Below are positions 62,401-64,000 of a DNA stretch of 64,000 bases, one piece after another. A model generated the notes under the pieces. It ran no database searches, was not told where the DNA came from, and worked only from the letters and a program-made list of their open reading frames with translations. A program made the position numbers and the translations under genes. The DNA lies in the NCBI GenBank assembly GCA_973895155.1, contig OZ316891.1, positions 4,683,708 to 4,747,707 on the forward strand, read 5' to 3'. This stretch comes from Marsupella aquatica. Its lineage: Eukaryota > Plantae > Marchantiophyta. Each line of letters begins with the position of its first letter. Position 1 is the first letter of the stretch.

Positions 62401-64000
62401 AACGAGGATGAGGTTGCAGCAATGGAGGTGTTTGGAGTGGAGGTTGTGTGCAAACTTGAAAGGGCCCTTCCTCCTTCATTTTTTGATGGTCAGGTTCATT
62501 TTCTACTACATCTAGTGCGTGAGGTTGGTATTGCAGGCCATGTACATTGTCGTTGGATGTACTGGGTAGAGCGGTACATGGGAGTGATGAAGTCCTATGT
62601 TTCAAATCGCGCAAGGGTGGAAGGTAGCATTGTAGAGCGTCATCTTGGAGCAGAGAGCATGTTTAATTGTACAAACATTATTGCTACACTTGATTCAAAT
62701 GCTCCAAGGGGGTGGATAGATGAGGCATCAAGAGAAGCAGACTATGAGGATGACCGTTTGACAAGTGCAAAGGGAGAACGGCTTCTTGACCCTAGTGAGC
62801 GCACTAAACTCACTGCATTCATGTTGTATAACTCTCCAGAGATTGTTGGGGAGTGGACCACATTTTATGAGGAGGATAAGCACAATAGTCGACGACCACG
62901 CTTATTTCCCAAATTCCACATGTACATGAAGGGGAAGTTGTTAGAAGTGGATGCCTTGGTGGCTGCTGGGGAGAGTGTATCACACTTCCCAATGGTGACT
63001 GATAAGTTGCGCACCTTGGTTCATGGACCTCTACTTACAGTTACAACCAGGACTGCCATGTGGTCCAAGGGGAGACACTTTCGTGTGGAACGACTTGATG
63101 ACAAGAGGGCAGCTACACAAGATTGTGGTGTGATGGGTTGGTTCACCCAGGATTTTGTAAGTAGCAGATCTGACACAAATCCCATCCGTTCTACTATAGC
63201 TCACTATGGAAAGATAGAGGAGATCCTTGTTGTAAAATACCATGCGCATACAACATTGGAAGAGGTGGTGCTGAAGTGCAAATGCTTTCGGATGAATCTT
63301 GTTGGCCACAATCGAACATGTGAAGAGGATGCTTGCGGCTTCACACGACTGAAGATAGGGGCTGTCATCAGCTCAAATTGGAGGGCCTCAGATCCTTTTG
63401 CATTTCCGCATAATCTTGAGCAGGCATTCTATCTCCCTTATCCAGATGATCCTGAGTGGTCCATTGTAATGCCTTACATTCCACGATCCCGATCCATAGT
63501 CCAAGAACAGCCAAATGTAGTTGTTGTGGAAGATTTGGAAAATGAGAACAACTAGCTACTTAGGAATTTCATGGTAAAAGCTAGGTAGCTAGCACTAGCT
63601 AGACCTAATTAATGACCACTTCCCTCCATGTATTGATTTTTTCGGCATATATATGTTATCTACATTGTCATTACCATTTTTTTGTTGCATGTTACTTTAC
63701 TTATATATACCACTTAAATCTCTGGGCTCTAGCTGTGGCTATATATTTGTGCTTTTAATATATATGAAATGAAAGCTTCCAATTCATTTCAAGTTGACCC
63801 TAGTTGAGTTCCCACATACTTCAAATGGAAATGGAGTCAAAAACCTATCGGAAACACAACATGCCTTAATTAGAAGCTAGGAAGATGATAAAACCCTCAA
63901 AAAACCCCGGCTCTACAGAAAACTGATATTTCCGATATTAAAAGAAACGGAACTCATATGCCATACTACAGGTATCGGGAAACTTTTCCATCTTTACCAC

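Larger units (their letters stand above)
33064..63555 (+). pseudogene. Element A TnpD transposase in three pieces: 33064-33919, 44840-45591, 61896-63555
   Basis: Removing the insertions restores DPRHVR|LGLAADGISPF and DDPLQYAR|CGMTCLSALSQLPYW; typical TnpD motifs throughout; additional in-frame stop near 45403. Confidence 0.93.
16211..64000. mobile_element. CACTA (En/Spm) element A, outer host of the nest; right TIR lies beyond the window
   Basis: Left end CACTAGTACATT at 16211 with TCCGAT/ATCGGA subterminal array to ~16640; the same motifs reappear at 63845-64000; its TnpD rejoins in frame once the inserted elements are removed. Confidence 0.88.

Overview
Eukaryotic land-plant DNA (spliceosomal introns; a bryophyte-like lineage is my guess, not demonstrated). 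The window opens with the last six exons of a clathrin heavy chain gene (219-2098), followed by several MITE/foldback elements and a decayed LURP-one-like gene. From 16211 to the end it is one nested DNA-transposon stack. An outer CACTA element A (16211 to beyond 64000) is interrupted by three insertions, each with TIRs and TSDs: CACTA B (21360-32008), a 10.9-kb element with 8-bp TSD and a P-element-like transposase (33920-44831), and CACTA C (45592-61892). The notable feature is the cargo. A and B each carry a stand-alone SET-domain exon inside the first intron of the TnpD transposase gene, in phase with the transposase N-terminal exon. C carries a co-oriented array of intact mini-genes upstream of TnpD: an EDM2-like composite PHD module, a double BRCT resembling that of Pol lambda, an F-box-like ORF and a Cys/His-rich ORF. 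Together these suggest CACTA-encoded chromatin/repair-manipulation (possible anti-silencing) modules. All domain calls are by-eye motif recognition, not database searches.
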